NCBI RefSeq assembly: GCF_964204645.1
Contig: NC_134029.1
Location: forward strand, 14,812,950-14,876,949
DNA: 64,000 nt
Reading direction: 5' to 3'
Origin: Tubulanus polymorphus
Lineage: Eukaryota; Animalia; Nemertea
Shown piece by piece: positions 50,641 through 64,000 of this stretch (the first letter of the stretch is position 1; each line of letters starts with the position of its first letter). The translations under genes and the position numbers were made by a program. The notes beneath the pieces are model-generated. The model made no database searches and was not told the DNA's origin. It was given only the letters and a program-made list of their open reading frames with translations.

Positions 50641-52535
50641 TCAAGTGACTCCCCTCCGGGCTGAACCCACCCTTTCAGCAACATATTATAGTCCCTCACG
50701 GTACGAGACTATTTAAAACGGTAATGCAGTCGGTTGCAAAAGTCCAAATATGACATATCAACTGGGAGCTATAAATTGGACACTGCTTGATAAGCCTCAC
50801 GATCGAGCCACATTTTAAGGTTTTTCTTCCGAGATGAACCCTGATCCCTGGCAACCTTTCAATTAAATCTCTTAGTCGCAAAGAAGAGATCAGTCTCAAC
50901 GGGCTTCGGGTATATTTGCTACTACCCTATCATTTTTATATGCATAACTTTAGTGATTTCGATTTTCTCTGCAGGTATTGTAGGAAACGATTCGACACCG
51001 CACATCGTTTTATAAAGTGTCGTAGACCCGCCCATATCTCGGTATTGAATTAACTCCATCTCTTCCTAGAAGAAAACGATCTACTTCAATTTCATAAGAA
51101 CCTGAGTATAAAGAACCGGTGTGACTTTCTATCATATGGTCATAGAAATTCAAATTCTGAGTTAAACTACAAGCTTGTCAAGTATACCGCAAGGTTTTTG
51201 ACCAAAAACTACCGTCCTTTATACTAGAAAGTTACACACATATTTATACAAAATTTCTATTGTACCTGTAAATGCAGAATTAAATCAGAACTAAATTTAA
51301 AACTGAGGTATTTAACTAGACTCCAGACAGAACCAGCACGGCAGGCATTTTTTTTTCTATCAAAATGATTACCCTGAAATCATAAGATGGTAGAAGTCAT
51401 CTGTATCTAGATTCTACTTAACTCTTTTCAACCACATGTAATGTCCTTGGACGATTTGTGGATAATTATGTATAAAGAAAATAAAATCTATGGTTAAAAA
51501 AAATGAATTATCAAAATGTCGTCAGAAGTGTATCTATTGTGACTTGTACTTGGTGTTTTGTACATGGAAATAGGATCTAGGAACTCAACCCTATGAACCA
51601 AGTGGTTTTTAAAGCCCTTGGAATTGACTGGTGCATGTCAACGAGGTGATTTTTGGTTTACCTTTGTCAGCGATATTAAGTTGGAATTGAGCCAATTCAT
51701 GTAAAATCGCGGTTCATTTTTTTATGTGAGGATCTGTTCCATTGGTTCTCGGCCTAAACGACGTATAATCGATGCGATTGAAGGCACGACGACCCTCCGT
51801 CGATGACATGGTCAACTTAAAATTCGCCGAAAAAACTGTTTTTGGTGGGAAAATTCTTAGCTCTTGCGTATAAAATTGCAATGACCTCCATTGGGCGCGT
51901 CGTCTCTACGAGTGTAGGTGATTGGCTGTTTTTGGGATATACAGGGAATTCCGGCGCTACCTTTAAATACTAAGCAGCAAACTATAGGTATAGGTCGAGG
52001 TCTGAATATTGTCTATTTCTAGAAAAAGAGCACTTTTTCTCCCTAAAGGGGCAATTTCCTAGTGAATAAGGACAGACGATAGAATTTGTACATTCAAAAG
52101 CGCTTGTTACATTTCTGTGCTGCTTTCAGTTTGGTTCAGATATTCTTGGAATGCTGCTTAGGATGATGATAACTGTCTGGAGCAGTCTTTAGCAACTATC
52201 TAAGGAACATATGAATGACATTTGGAGTAGTCCGGCATGCGCCTAGAACCTTTTGCCAATTCCACTTTGACTTATGGTTTCCAGAGACTTAGTTTTTGAG
52301 CATGATTAATTACCTTCTCTATTGCCTTTGTTTGATGTCTGTGTTATCTAATATGTATGGTAAGGCTTCTGTGTTCTATTTACGTTGTATCTTGTCTTAA
52401 TCAACAAGCAGTTTTTTGTTTTTCCGTATTGAATTAACAATTTTCAGGTAACTTCTTCTAAAATATTTATCGTGAATTTGATAAATATGTGATGTATTAT
52501 AGAAGCAGTAATATAAATAAATATCTCACTTTTAG

Positions 52536-52596
52536 GTGGTTAAGCGTCAAGCACCAGGAATAAGAAGGATGTGTGCTCATCCTAGTCTGCCATACT
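52536..52596 (+). CDS. DMXL2: DmX-like exon, start of C-terminal WD40 region (last exon found in window)
   Basis: cttttag|GTG...TACT|gtaagt. VVKRQAPGIRRMCAHPSLPY, cf. LMKRNLHNVKRMTSHPVHQY. The expected next exon (YLTG.QDGSV) was not found before 64000. Confidence 0.92.
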
Positions 52597-55019
52597 GTAA
52601 GTGAATTACCTCGTATTCCATTGAAAAACTGCCAGTGTATAAATTGCAAGCACTTTTTAGCCCACTTGGCACCTTAAGCTGGCGCTGTTGGGCAACACTC
52701 AATCTGGCTATTGCGTTCACTTTCATCTGTTGACAGATTACACTTATTCAGCCACGTTTTGAATACGCTTCAATGGGTTGTCTTGATATATGGTTGATAC
52801 ATGTATCGACCCTAGAGACATGTATGACCTGATTACTGGCTGATGTCAGCATCAAGATGGCCGTCTGGAAGCCATTTTTGTCAGCAGAGACTCATTTTCA
52901 TGGTAACTTCAAATTGTCACTCCATTCACGCAAAACATGAGAAACAGCTGAAAATGACTCAAAATAATTTTTTAATTATTCCCCACAACACAGCAACGCC
53001 AGATTTCTGATTTAATGGTCCAAAAATTGTTCTGTCGTATTTTTTCATAATGGGTCAGAGACCTTTCCGGAAATAACTAGCTCACAAAATGCAGTGCACG
53101 TAAACTCGTCTTTTTTACCGAACACTTTTGTTATGTGATTAGTGCCATTTAAAACATTACCAAACAAAGATAAAACAGGGTGAAAATGAAACTGTGAAAC
53201 ACTCCAGTTGTGCAGTAATTAGCAGTCAAAGTTTGGTATTTTTTCGCGAATGTATGTTCCATCCGGAAAATTAATGCCTTCATTCTGCAGACGTCATGGT
53301 GAGTAAGCCGCACTCTGATTGGTTGTTGAGGGAATACCAGAGAATACCCTCAGCGGCTGGGGTATTCCCCAAACAACCAGTTCCGCTGAACAAGAAATTG
53401 CACAAGGGATACACTCCATTTTGACGTCTTGGGCAAGTGAAGTTCATCTTTTTTGCTGAATATGAATTATCTGATGTAGTGTAAGAATCCAGTTAAGTAT
53501 GGCAACGCTGTTTCCAATGTTGATGGAATTCCGACTTTGATTTATTCCGTCAATGTCTTAGGCCCTAGCTGGTGTTTTCTGCCGATTTCAAGCGACAAAC
53601 CGTCATTTACCCAGGCTAATGATTAACGGGGCTACATTGACATACTGATTGCATCGATATCAAAGTATGCAGCGTAATTTTTAGTTGCATGTGATTTATT
53701 TTTAACCGCATTTGTGTGCCCTTCTAATAATTTTAATTATCAAATTCAAATTTCAATTCAATTTATTTCGCATGGGAGACGATTTGCTCTCAGCCGCGTA
53801 TGGGCCTATGTATACCATCAAATGAGTAAAATATTTCAATTTTTTCAGATTCATTTTCTCAATGTCTGCTTTAGGTGAGTTTTTTTTTCAGTATTTCTGT
53901 CATTTTAATATGGGATGGGGGCAAGTTATTGTGACAGTTGTCATCGACTTCCATGGGGTTGGGGGATGAATGAAAATGGCTTGGCCGGGTTGGAGCGTCT
54001 GTCCAGATTTTTCTTAGGTCTTGACTTTTTTGCAACCAACGCCAACAGTTTAGTCATGGTTTTTTCCATGGCTGGCCTACTTAGTAAGCCCTGACAGGTG
54101 TATTGAATACTTTTTATTTGTGTTTTGATTAGACAGTAACTAAATTGGTACATTTCTATTGTTTCAGATTTATCAAATGGATGTTGAATGATACGTACAA
54201 TCTCTATCTACACTAGACAGTAGTTTTTATTCATCGATACTTCAGCAAACACCGCTTTCCTCGGAATAGCTTCAAAATCGATACTCCACCGGAGTAAAGG
54301 CATTTCCTATCTGAAACAACCTAGTGGTACCAGCATGTGCAGTAGTGATAGATCGGACATTGAATTTCCCTCAGACCACACATTCAAAAAAAGTTGAAGT
54401 TAATACAATTCAAGTCTCAATGGACTCACTGTTCGTCAACAACTTGTTGGCAATCAAACTGTTGTGCATTTTCAAAAATATCGAGAAGCAGGTCGATTTT
54501 GATCTAACCACATATGTTTCATTCAGCCACCTATCTTCACTTTAAATCCAGAAAATAAAGAGCATGGTTCAATGTTTATTTTGGTGTGACCATAGAATTT
54601 GTTTTTGAAAATGTTTCAATAAGTTGAATAAGTTGGACCACCATTTTTCGTCTTCTCCGTGAAGTTTTTGCTGTGGCTTTTATTCATCTGCTTTTAAGAG
54701 GTATTCACTGATATGCACTTTGAAACTGGAGTGGTTGGATAGAGCATCAAACATAAACCTCAAAAGGAACCAGCGAAAAGTTTCAGCTCATGTGGATCTT
54801 TGAGAAAATAAGCCCAGAAAACAAGCATGTTTTGAAATTAAGACAGTATTGAAATAAATCACATTTCAGCTGTGAAATGTATATTTGTTATACATATAAA
54901 TGTATTTGATATGTTTAAAAACATTGATCCAGCCTGCCCTGCGAGGCGGGACTTGTTCCTTTTCCCAAACTGGAACTTTTGATTAGCTCGACGAAGTCGC
55001 ATGGTCCATGGACCTCTTG

Positions 55020-55212
55020 TTAGGGTTTTCTGTTTCTTCACAGAAATTGATATTCACATGATTATTATTATTATTAGGGTTTTCTGTTACTTCACAGAAA
55101 ACCCTATTGAGATTCGGGTGTTTCTTATTAGGGTTTTCTGTTTCTTCACAGAAAACCCTATTGAGATTCGCGTGATTATTAGGGTTTCTGCTGCCTCGGC
55201 AGAAACCCTATT
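55020..55212 (+). repeat. Stack of HINE-type 5' hairpins
   Basis: TAGGGTTTTCTG..CACAGAAAACCCTA-type unit three times (the first incomplete), then TAGGGTTTCTGCTGCCTCGGCAGAAACCCTA. Confidence 0.75.
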
Positions 55213-57902
55213 GGATTCCTCCTGATTATTATTTTAACATATTTTCCACTGAGTTTCGTCACATAAAAATCATCTTCTATTAGATTTGACTACTAATAAC
55301 TTTGAAACGAGATGTTAAACTCTGATAATGATATAACAGTCTTTTTCTGCGCGTAGTTTCTATGGATGTACTGTGCTTCCTATTTTAAACTTGAAGTTAC
55401 TTAAAGATAACACCGATGGAAATAGCGATCATCAATCATGGTGCGAATCTGAAAGTTTGTGACGTCATTTCATAAATAGATAAAGAAGGAAGGCTCCGAG
55501 AATATCCAAATCACAGGTTACTGTGAATAACTGGGGTTCGACCATTCACAAGTTAAAAATGTACTTCCTTGTTTGTGAAGTAAGTTTATTCATACTGTTA
55601 TTAAAAGCAGTTCCTTTTAAACATTCTATAATAGTATAGTTTTGTTCGTGGATATCAATACTTCGAAAAATCAACAGCGGTTTATTTATTTATTGTACCG
55701 GTACGCATTTTCTTAATTGAATTGAATTGGTCCGGTCCAAAAGGCGGGTCATACTAGTTAGCGTCAGAAAATGTCAGCGTCGGTGATACCTTGTTATCGT
55801 CGATATTAAATGGTCTAAAGTCAGTTTATACATCACATACATTACAAATTGGTGGTCCCTTGTACACGTACATCACATTGTGACGCAGCGGCGATGGTAA
55901 TGTCATAGAAGAACAAAGTCAGTTGAAAATACCTACCCACTGCACCGATAAAGAATGATTGCTATCCAGAGACCAGTGACAGTCAGTAATGGGGAGTGAT
56001 GGTACCGTTCGTGATTATGTTTTAATAATGGTTATTGAACATCAATTTCATAGGCCTATGTGAATTGTAGTCCCCATCTGATGGCCTGACTTGTCAGACT
56101 GACTTATCACTCCTCTATTAATAGTAACACTATGCATAAGGCCTTCCCTCCTGCATAGTTTACCCTATAGGCCAAATTTGTGCTTTGGGCCAAATTCTGT
56201 TTTCTTATCTAGTCGACTTTTTTTCTGAACTGACAATAACCGAATATGCGCTTAAACTGTCACTAGGGAATGGTAAAAACACCGTAGCTTCGTTCTTCTC
56301 GATGTTATTTCCCCCAAAACCCGGCACATTAGTACTTTGCGCATATAGTAGCACATGCCCGTAGTAGCACATGTGGGTCAACATATCCATGTGAGTTGAC
56401 CCCTAGGTGGCACTCTTTCAAAAAACGGAATGTAACGTACTGATTTCGGGTGAAATCTTTGCTCGCATCCCTGAACGACATTCTATCAAGATAGGCAGAA
56501 ACCCGTTATCACTGCTTGCAGCTATATTTATTATTATAATTTTTTTCCACACTTTTTTTGTCAAAAGTACATAGGCTTTTTTACATTACCGCTGTTGCCG
56601 ATACAATCCGTCTAATATTCAGCTCACTTCGATCTACAAATACTCCGTGCGTATTTTGAAGAATCAACGTTACAAAAGCACTGTAGGGCCGTAAACATCG
56701 AAAATTGAGCCCCATTCAAAGAGCCGACATGTTTTTCTAAGTCTTTCCGAAATCTACCGCACGTTTCTTGTCACGTAGATTATCAAATCAAGCATAAATT
56801 AACAATTTTATTACCCAAAGATTGCACATTCAGCCGCGGTTTTTAAAAACTAATTTTAACAATAGTCCATTTTCCTCATCAAATCATATTACCGATACAC
56901 AGGAAATTTACTACTTTAGATTTTAAAAGCACCGTCGAGCCGTAAACATCGACTAATCGACGTGTGTCGCTACATCGTTCCGGGGATCAGCTGCGAGTTT
57001 CTCCTCATCATGAGAATCAAATAGAGTACAAATTAATTTATTACTACCTGTGATTTGGTTGCGGGCTTCAAGCAGTTAGTTTAACAATACCTTTTTTCTT
57101 TACAAAATTAACCGTGTATTTACTAAGATTAGAGTACCTATTAGTCGTAGGCCTAAACTAAACATGCCGAAGAGATATAGCGGAGAAAAGCTCTTGTGTT
57201 GACGAGGTATCAAAATAAAAGAATATATTACTTTATTCGGCCGCGGGCTTCAACCTCTATAACAATACCATCAATACTCTATATTTCCTGCAGTACATAC
57301 CGATCATTTTCAAATGCACAAGGTATTTACTAAATACAAGTATATAACACACTCTTATCTGTATGCTGGACTCACACTTGACATTCGGAGTAAGCGTTCG
57401 CTGTGGGGGAAAAGAGATCGTTCGCTGTGTCGCTTGAAGTGTTTTTCGAGTTTTACGCGACCTTAAGGCTTTAGGCCTACCGGTACTGTGCTTTACTGTC
57501 TCAAACAAACACAGTATAGCCTAATTGTTGCGTTTATTAACGGACTCATTGGATTGAACTTCAAAACAAAATTTACGATATTTAGGAGGGTTGTTATTCA
57601 ATAGGCCTACGACCAATCTGTCCGGATGTTAGGCCTACACATATACATAGGCCTAAATAGGCTAGTAGCATCTACTAGGATAAAGCTAAGTTCACTGTAA
57701 AGGAGGAATCAGATTTATTAAAATGCATGTTAATTAGTGATTAACTGGTTCTGACTTGCAACGATCAATCACAATTTTATTGGCAAAAATGAAGATTTTT
57801 TTTGAAAATTTCGTCTGAGCAGACAGCTTTGTAAGCCAGACTTTTCATTTGAGTTTTTTCATCATAAATGAAACTGGTATTTCATTAATTCCTAATGACT
57901 TA

Positions 57903-58212
57903 AGCCGGGCGTAGGTCGGCTTGCGACTCACTGCGACGCCATTCACTGCGACCGCCAGCGACGATTGTGTCGCAACGACTCATCGACCTACACTCCCTTG
58001 CGACGGGTTGCCACTGTCAGCAACGCCAGTCACGGATAGTCGCATGTGTTCTACTTTTTGCGGGGTGACACGACTGTCACAACGGACCTACGCGCTCTTG
58101 CGACTGGCAGAAACTAGTAGCACAGTCGCTGACAATAATATCGCAACCGACTTGCAATGAAACTTGCGATGCAACGCGTGGATCGCGTCGCAAAGCCGAC
58201 CTACATCCGGCT
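57903..58212. mobile_element. PIF/Harbinger-type MITE
   Basis: TTA|AGCCGGGCGTAGGTCGGCTT ... AAGCCGACCTACATCCGGCT|TTA, with internal TTGCGA/TCGCAA motifs. Confidence 0.85.
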
Positions 58213-58249
58213 TTAAGTTACTGAGGAGCCCCAGAAATATCCTTTTGTT

Positions 58250-58775
58250 TTTCGTTTAAAAGACCTTTGGCTCGAAAATTCTTTCGTCGGAACAAAATTT
58301 GTTTTGTTCGAACCAATAACATTCTGTTCGATTGAACCAATTTGACAAAATAGAACAAAGTTGAATGAATATTTTTTGTCAAAATGAAAGGTGTTTCGTT
58401 CGAACGATTCGAACAGAATTGTTTCAACTTGAACAGAATTTTCTTGTCAGAACATTAGGTTTTTCGTTAGAACTAGTATATTGTAAAAAGTTTTTTCTCT
58501 GAACCAAAAGCATTAAGTATTTTGTTCAATCGAACAGAATGGTTTTCATTCAAACATCCGTTCGAAAGAAATTGTTTCCGCTCAACCAAATTTTTTGGCC
58601 GGGGCAAAAAGTTTTTCATTTCAACAATAACATGTAGCTTTTTATTCGAGCGCATTTTTTGTCAGAATGAAGAAGTTTTGGTTCAAATAAAAAGTGTATT
58701 GTTCGATCAAACAGAATTGTTTTCATTCGAACAAGATTTTCTTGTCGGAACATTAAGTTTTTTGGTCGAACAGCG
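58250..58775 (+). repeat. TTCGAAC-rich degenerate tandem repeat; second patch at ~62580-62945
   Basis: Shared block TATTGTTCGATCAAACAGAATTGTTTTCATT in both patches. Confidence 0.7.
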
Positions 58776-61394
58776 TGTTAAGGTTGTTTTGGAAATTTAC
58801 TCGGTCTGGTACATTTTGGATTACTGTGTATGTCATTTATCAGGACATTAAAGAGAAGACGACTTAGGATACTACCTTGCGTGACTCCATTAGACTGGAT
58901 CTTACTGAAAGGATATAAACAACTGCAACTTATTTTCACTGTCGGTGAAACCATTCTGTATCACAAGTACTACGCTGCATTGACAAATACTGTACGTGAT
59001 ATTAATCAGAATTGCACTGTTTACTCACTCTGAGCCTCTAAACATCGAAATTTAAGCCCGATTCAAACAGTATCCATCTACGTATGTGTATTGCCTACGT
59101 GTCATTCCCACAGCGCGTCACTGCGTCTGTTTGTGTCAGTGTCCCTATAAGCATTGATAGAGCTGGTGTACTAGATCTGTAGTTTTTAGTATTTTTATCT
59201 CTTCTAATATGTATGTGGCGCACTGAATGAGGTCAGTCTCGAGTGAACGCAACTGAGGAATTTTCGTAGCCGCATATACAAGCAATAGCACACTGGCAGT
59301 ATCTTCCCTGTATAGAGCTAATTAATGCAGCTATCTATACGGGAGAGCCTGGATGATTATATTCTGCTAGCATCACAATATTCCTTGACGGATTTACTTG
59401 AAACTTTCGTGAGATGTACGGAACACAGGTACCTTGAGGTAAGTCGAAGGGATCTTTGATTGGGACCCCGTTCACCCACCAGGGGGTGTTTTACATTTGA
59501 AAATTCTGACATCGAAAAGTTACTGTGTGAGATAATTCTTTGTCTTAGACTTTTCAGCTTCGGGCGAGCACGAAAGTTGTTCAAAACAGCCCGGAGGTTA
59601 AAAAAGTGAATGGCACGCCCTATCTGCGATTAACCGTTTGGACTCTACGGGCTCGAAAATGGGCCCCCAAATTTTTTAATGAGATTTTTGCTCCTAGCTC
59701 CTTAACCGTTGGAGATAGAATGGTGGTGGCAATGAGTGATCAGTACCCCTTGTGAAGACGCTTTTATTGATGTATGGTATAACTATGTAACTCATATGGT
59801 TCTCCAGTAGCGCCACCTATAAGAAGCTGGAATACGCATTTTCATCTATATCGAGTAAGGGTATCAATGGATTTCTATAAAAATTGATACACATGTAACT
59901 GGTTACTAAACGAAACGAACCCCTCATATGATTAGTTCCCATTTTAACCACTAGGGGGCGTAAATTTTGAAAAATCGATTTCAGCATCCATTTTTGCATT
60001 TAATGCGGTCTAATATGAAAATCACAAAACTTGGTATGAGTACAAAGACGTGTGTAATATGCCATCCTGCATGATTAGTTCATACAACTGCCACCAGGGG
60101 ACTGTGAAAACAACGATTTTTGCTCCTAGTTCCATAACCGTTGGCGATAGAATCGAGGTTGCAATGTGTGGTTAGTAGCCCTTTTCAAGATACTTGTATT
60201 TATGTATGGTTTAAGTAGGTAACTTATATATGGTTCTCCAGGAGCGCCACCGACATTTTGCTTGAAATGCATTTTCATTGATAGCTACTAAGCGGATAAA
60301 GGGATTTCTATGAAAATTGATATACATGTACCTGGATATAAGATACAACGAATCCCTAACATAATTAGTTCCTATTCTAACCACTAGGGGCGTTAATGTT
60401 GAAAACTCATTCTAGCATCAGTTTTTTCGATTGTAATTCAGTAGTATGCTAACCGGCAAATTACCAGCCACTTGGGCATGGTAAAAGTACCATATCTTCG
60501 TTATTCTCGGTGTCATTTACCCTAACCTTGGTACATTAGAACTTTTTGCGTAGTATACCATGTGAATAAACAGATTTTGAATTGATCAAGTTTAAATCAA
60601 GGTCGTTGAGTCGCGGAGGGCTACTAGAATTACGTTCGTCTCAGAGAGAAAACAAACGACAGAAAAGTATCAGGTGATTATCGATAGCCTACTACGGTAC
60701 ACACAGTTGACAAACAGTGTTATAGGCCTGTGCCGGTTGGTGTGTACTGGGAATAAATATTCTGGTTGGTCAGTTGGTTCGGTTGTGAAGTGTGGAAGCT
60801 AAGAAAGCCTACCGGTATTTATTTGTCTATATATAGGCCTATTATATAGTACCCAATAGCATTTTAAGTACGAAGTTGTTACCCGTACGTGACTGTACGG
60901 TGATATCCACAGGTTAACCGTACGTGAGTTCCCTAAAAATGCTGTACGTGAGTTCCTATAATCTGCATACACGCGTGCGTAAAAGAATAGAGATTGGGTT
61001 GGGTGAGGCTAGGCTATTTATAAATCAAATTTCATCTAACCTGCAGTTACGTTCTGTGGCACAGTGGGTAAATCACTGGACTACTACTGGATTTTTTTTT
61101 TTTCGTTTGGTTTCGAATCCCAATATTGCATGTCTGAGCGTCAACGTACTCACGTATGGCTAACCTGTAGTAATCGCCGAACAGTCACGTACAGGTAACA
61201 ACAGCTTTTTAAGTATTAAGTGAGTGCGACAAGCCTACCATGCCTATGTGCTACAAACACAACTTTTTCCCCTCTCGTCAGCCCTACAGTGATGTTACTA
61301 ATAACTGGTGCCATTATAACATGGATAGGATTTGGTCAGGACTAGCCTAAAGTCTAATTCAGTCTATGTACTAATTCACTCGATAGGCCTATTT

Positions 61395-62575
61395 TTAGCC
61401 CACTTTTTAGCCCAGCGGGCTATTGCGTTCACTTTTCGTCTGTCGTCCGTCCGTCCGTAGACGGAATCCAGTTATTTTGGGAAGTTTTGAAGACGCTTCA
61501 ATGTAATGTCTTGATATTTGGGTTACACATGTATCTACCCTAGACACATCTTCAGCCCAAAAACTGGCCCTGTCAGAATCAAGATGGCCGACTGGCAGCC
61601 ATTGTTGTTCACCAAAATCAACACTTTTTACACATTTTTGAACTTTTTGAGGGAAATTTTGAAGACGCTTTGATCAATTACCTTGATCTTTTGGATGTAT
61701 GTGAATCCCCCCAGGGCCCATCAGCATAACAAAAATTGGGTCAATCGGACACAAGATGACCGTCCTATGACCTTTTTAGTGCCCAAAAATGTCAATTTTG
61801 GCCCGAATTCTGAGTGCTGTAGCTCCCTACTGGTTTGCCATTTCTCATTGCAATTTGTGATGGGTATTCTTTGAAAAGGGATGTTTTATACCTGAGACAG
61901 GTATTTTTGATCAGCCAATTATGACGCAATTGGCGACCATCTTGGTGTCATAAGCACTCATTCGTAGGTGGGAAAAAGTTTTTCCACATTATATTGTTGA
62001 TATTTAAGCATATTTTCTTACCACAATCAATTGGAAAGTTGTAGCTCATGACGTGGTTTATGATTGTGGTGAGTTTGAAGGTCATTGGATTTTGTATATG
62101 GCCACCAGGGGGCGTTGAATAATACAATATCTCAGCATTTCTTTATTATATTAGACCTATGCATATTTTGCAACCACAATCAATTGGAAAGTTGTAGCTC
62201 ATGACATCATCTATGATTGTTGCGAGGTTTTAAGGACATTAGTTATTCTATATGGTCACCAGGCGTTGGATAGTAGAATAACTTAGTATTTCCTTATTAT
62301 ATTGGTACCTGGGCATATTTTGTTACCATGATCAATTGCAAAGTTGTAGTTCATGACATGTTCAATGATTGTGGTGAGTTTCGAGGTCATTAGGGTTTTG
62401 AATATTGTCACCAGGGGGGCGTTGAATAGTAGAATAACTTAGTATTTCAATATCAAATTGGTAACGAGGCATATTTTGTTATCACAATCAATTACAAAAT
62501 CGTAGCTGCTGACATGTTCTATGATTGTGGTGAGTTTCAAGGTCATTGGTTTTTGTATATGGTCACCACGGGGCG
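61395..62575 (+). mobile_element. HINE family A copy with ~154-bp tandem units, 3'-truncated
   Basis: High similarity to 21990-23030 with one additional tandem unit. Confidence 0.8.
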
Positions 62576-64000
62576 TAAGGTTTAACGAAAGGTTTTTCCC
62601 TCGAACAATCGTTTATTCGATTAGAGTTGTTTCAATTTGAACAAAATTTTCTCAGGACAAAAAGTTTTTCATTTCAACAATAATATAGCTTTATTCGAAC
62701 ACATTTTCTTGTCAGAGCGAAGAAAAGTTTTCGTTCGCACAAAAAGCGTATTGTTCGATCAAACAGAATTGTTTTCATTTGAACAAAATTTCAGAGCATT
62801 AAGTATTTATTTGTTCGAGCAGGTACATTGTTTCATCGAAGCATTTTTCGTTCCGAAAAGCAAAATTTTGGTGAAACTAAATAGCCTTTTCATTATAATA
62901 ATGAGTAATCTTTATTCAAACAAAATAAACTTCTCATTCGAACATAAATAATAATATGAATCTGGGTTTACTTTGTATCCAATATCCATATCATGCCTTT
63001 TAGGTTGAAGCCCATCATCCATGTTTCCGGCCATGTACGGCACACAGCTTGTTTAGGTCGTTTTTGAGCCGATTAATAGACAAATGGAGCAAATGACATG
63101 GTTTGCAGATGAATGGCTGCAACTGATTATATTCATGCAAATCATGCATCTATGGGTTCATTCTCCAATTCCGACAAAATTTTGAAAAAGGTCCTCATTA
63201 GAATATATAGAATGTTTTTTGCGATAATCTGAACACATCAGTATTGGTTTTCAAACCCCGATCAAAAAGCAATCTCCTTTTCGATTGGCTTAGGCACACC
63301 AAGCAGCAGGTGTTCATGTGGACGCATGGTATTGTCTACTCAAGTCCCAGTGGGCTATTGTGTTCACTTTTTATCTGTTGCCCGTCTGTTTGTCCATTCC
63401 TCTGTCGATAGATGGAAACCAGTTATTTTTTAAAGTTTTGAAGACGTTTCAATGGATTGTCTTGATTTTTCGTTTAGAGCTATATCTACACTAGATACAT
63501 CTTCTGCCTAAAAACTGGCCTGATCCGAATCAAGATGGCCGACTGGCAGCCATTATTGTTTGCCAAACAGACAGTGGTTTCTATTTGTCTACACTAGAGC
63601 AAACACCGCTATCCTCAGATAGTGTTAAAATCAATACTCCACCAGAGTAAAGGCATTTCCTATCTGTAACAACCTTGTGGTACCAACACGCGCAGTAGTG
63701 ATATATCGTATGTTATATACATTGAATTTCTCTTGGACCGCACATTTAAAAAAAGTTGAAGTTAATACAATTCAAGACTCAGCGAATTTCTTCTGTTCGT
63801 CAACAACTTGTTGGCAATCAAACTGTTGTGTGCTTTCAAAAATTATCGAGAATTTTATTTAATCATATATTTTTTATTCAGCCACCTATCTTCACTTTAT
63901 AAGCCTAGCTGTGAATTGTGCAGTTACAAATTGATATACACTACTGAATCCAAAAAGGGCCTACACGTAATCAATTGAATAACAGGCTATAGGATAAGTC

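Noticed and set aside
54168-54190. Next DmX exon after the strong acceptor gtttcag (would read YLSNGC)
   Set aside because: In-frame TGA after six codons and no DGSV motif.
55989-56020. MGSDGTVR resembling the DmX QDGSVR motif
   Set aside because: Upstream in-frame stop, no compatible acceptor, and no downstream similarity.
61055-61121. tRNA gene (TGGCACAGTGG ... GGTTTCGAATCC)
   Set aside because: A poly-T run lies between the boxes and there is no cloverleaf; at most a decayed SINE head. The isolated B-box-like matches near 27220 and 28228 were rejected likewise.

Overview
This is AT-rich, repeat-dense animal genomic DNA; an invertebrate, possibly lophotrochozoan, origin is inferred from the repeat landscape only. 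The window lies inside one + strand host gene, DmX-like/Rabconnectin-3 alpha (DMXL1/2 family). Nine phase-compatible exons between 1783 and 52596 were reconstructed by hand. The introns hold a defective DIRS1-type retrotransposon with intact ITR/ICR ends, BEL/Pao, Gypsy and hAT relics, several MITEs (one four-level nest), a tRNA-derived SINE and many Helentron-like non-autonomous elements (HINEs). The most unusual object is a 2.7-kb insertion (8686-11411) flanked by a 7-bp direct repeat. It carries a stop-interrupted but frame-intact NRF1/erect-wing-type DNA-binding-domain gene and a divergently oriented, heavily decayed Crypton-like tyrosine recombinase relic. Its 63-bp subterminal inverted repeats are built from CGCG palindromes resembling NRF1 sites. 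All family assignments come from manual translation and remembered motifs; no searches were run.
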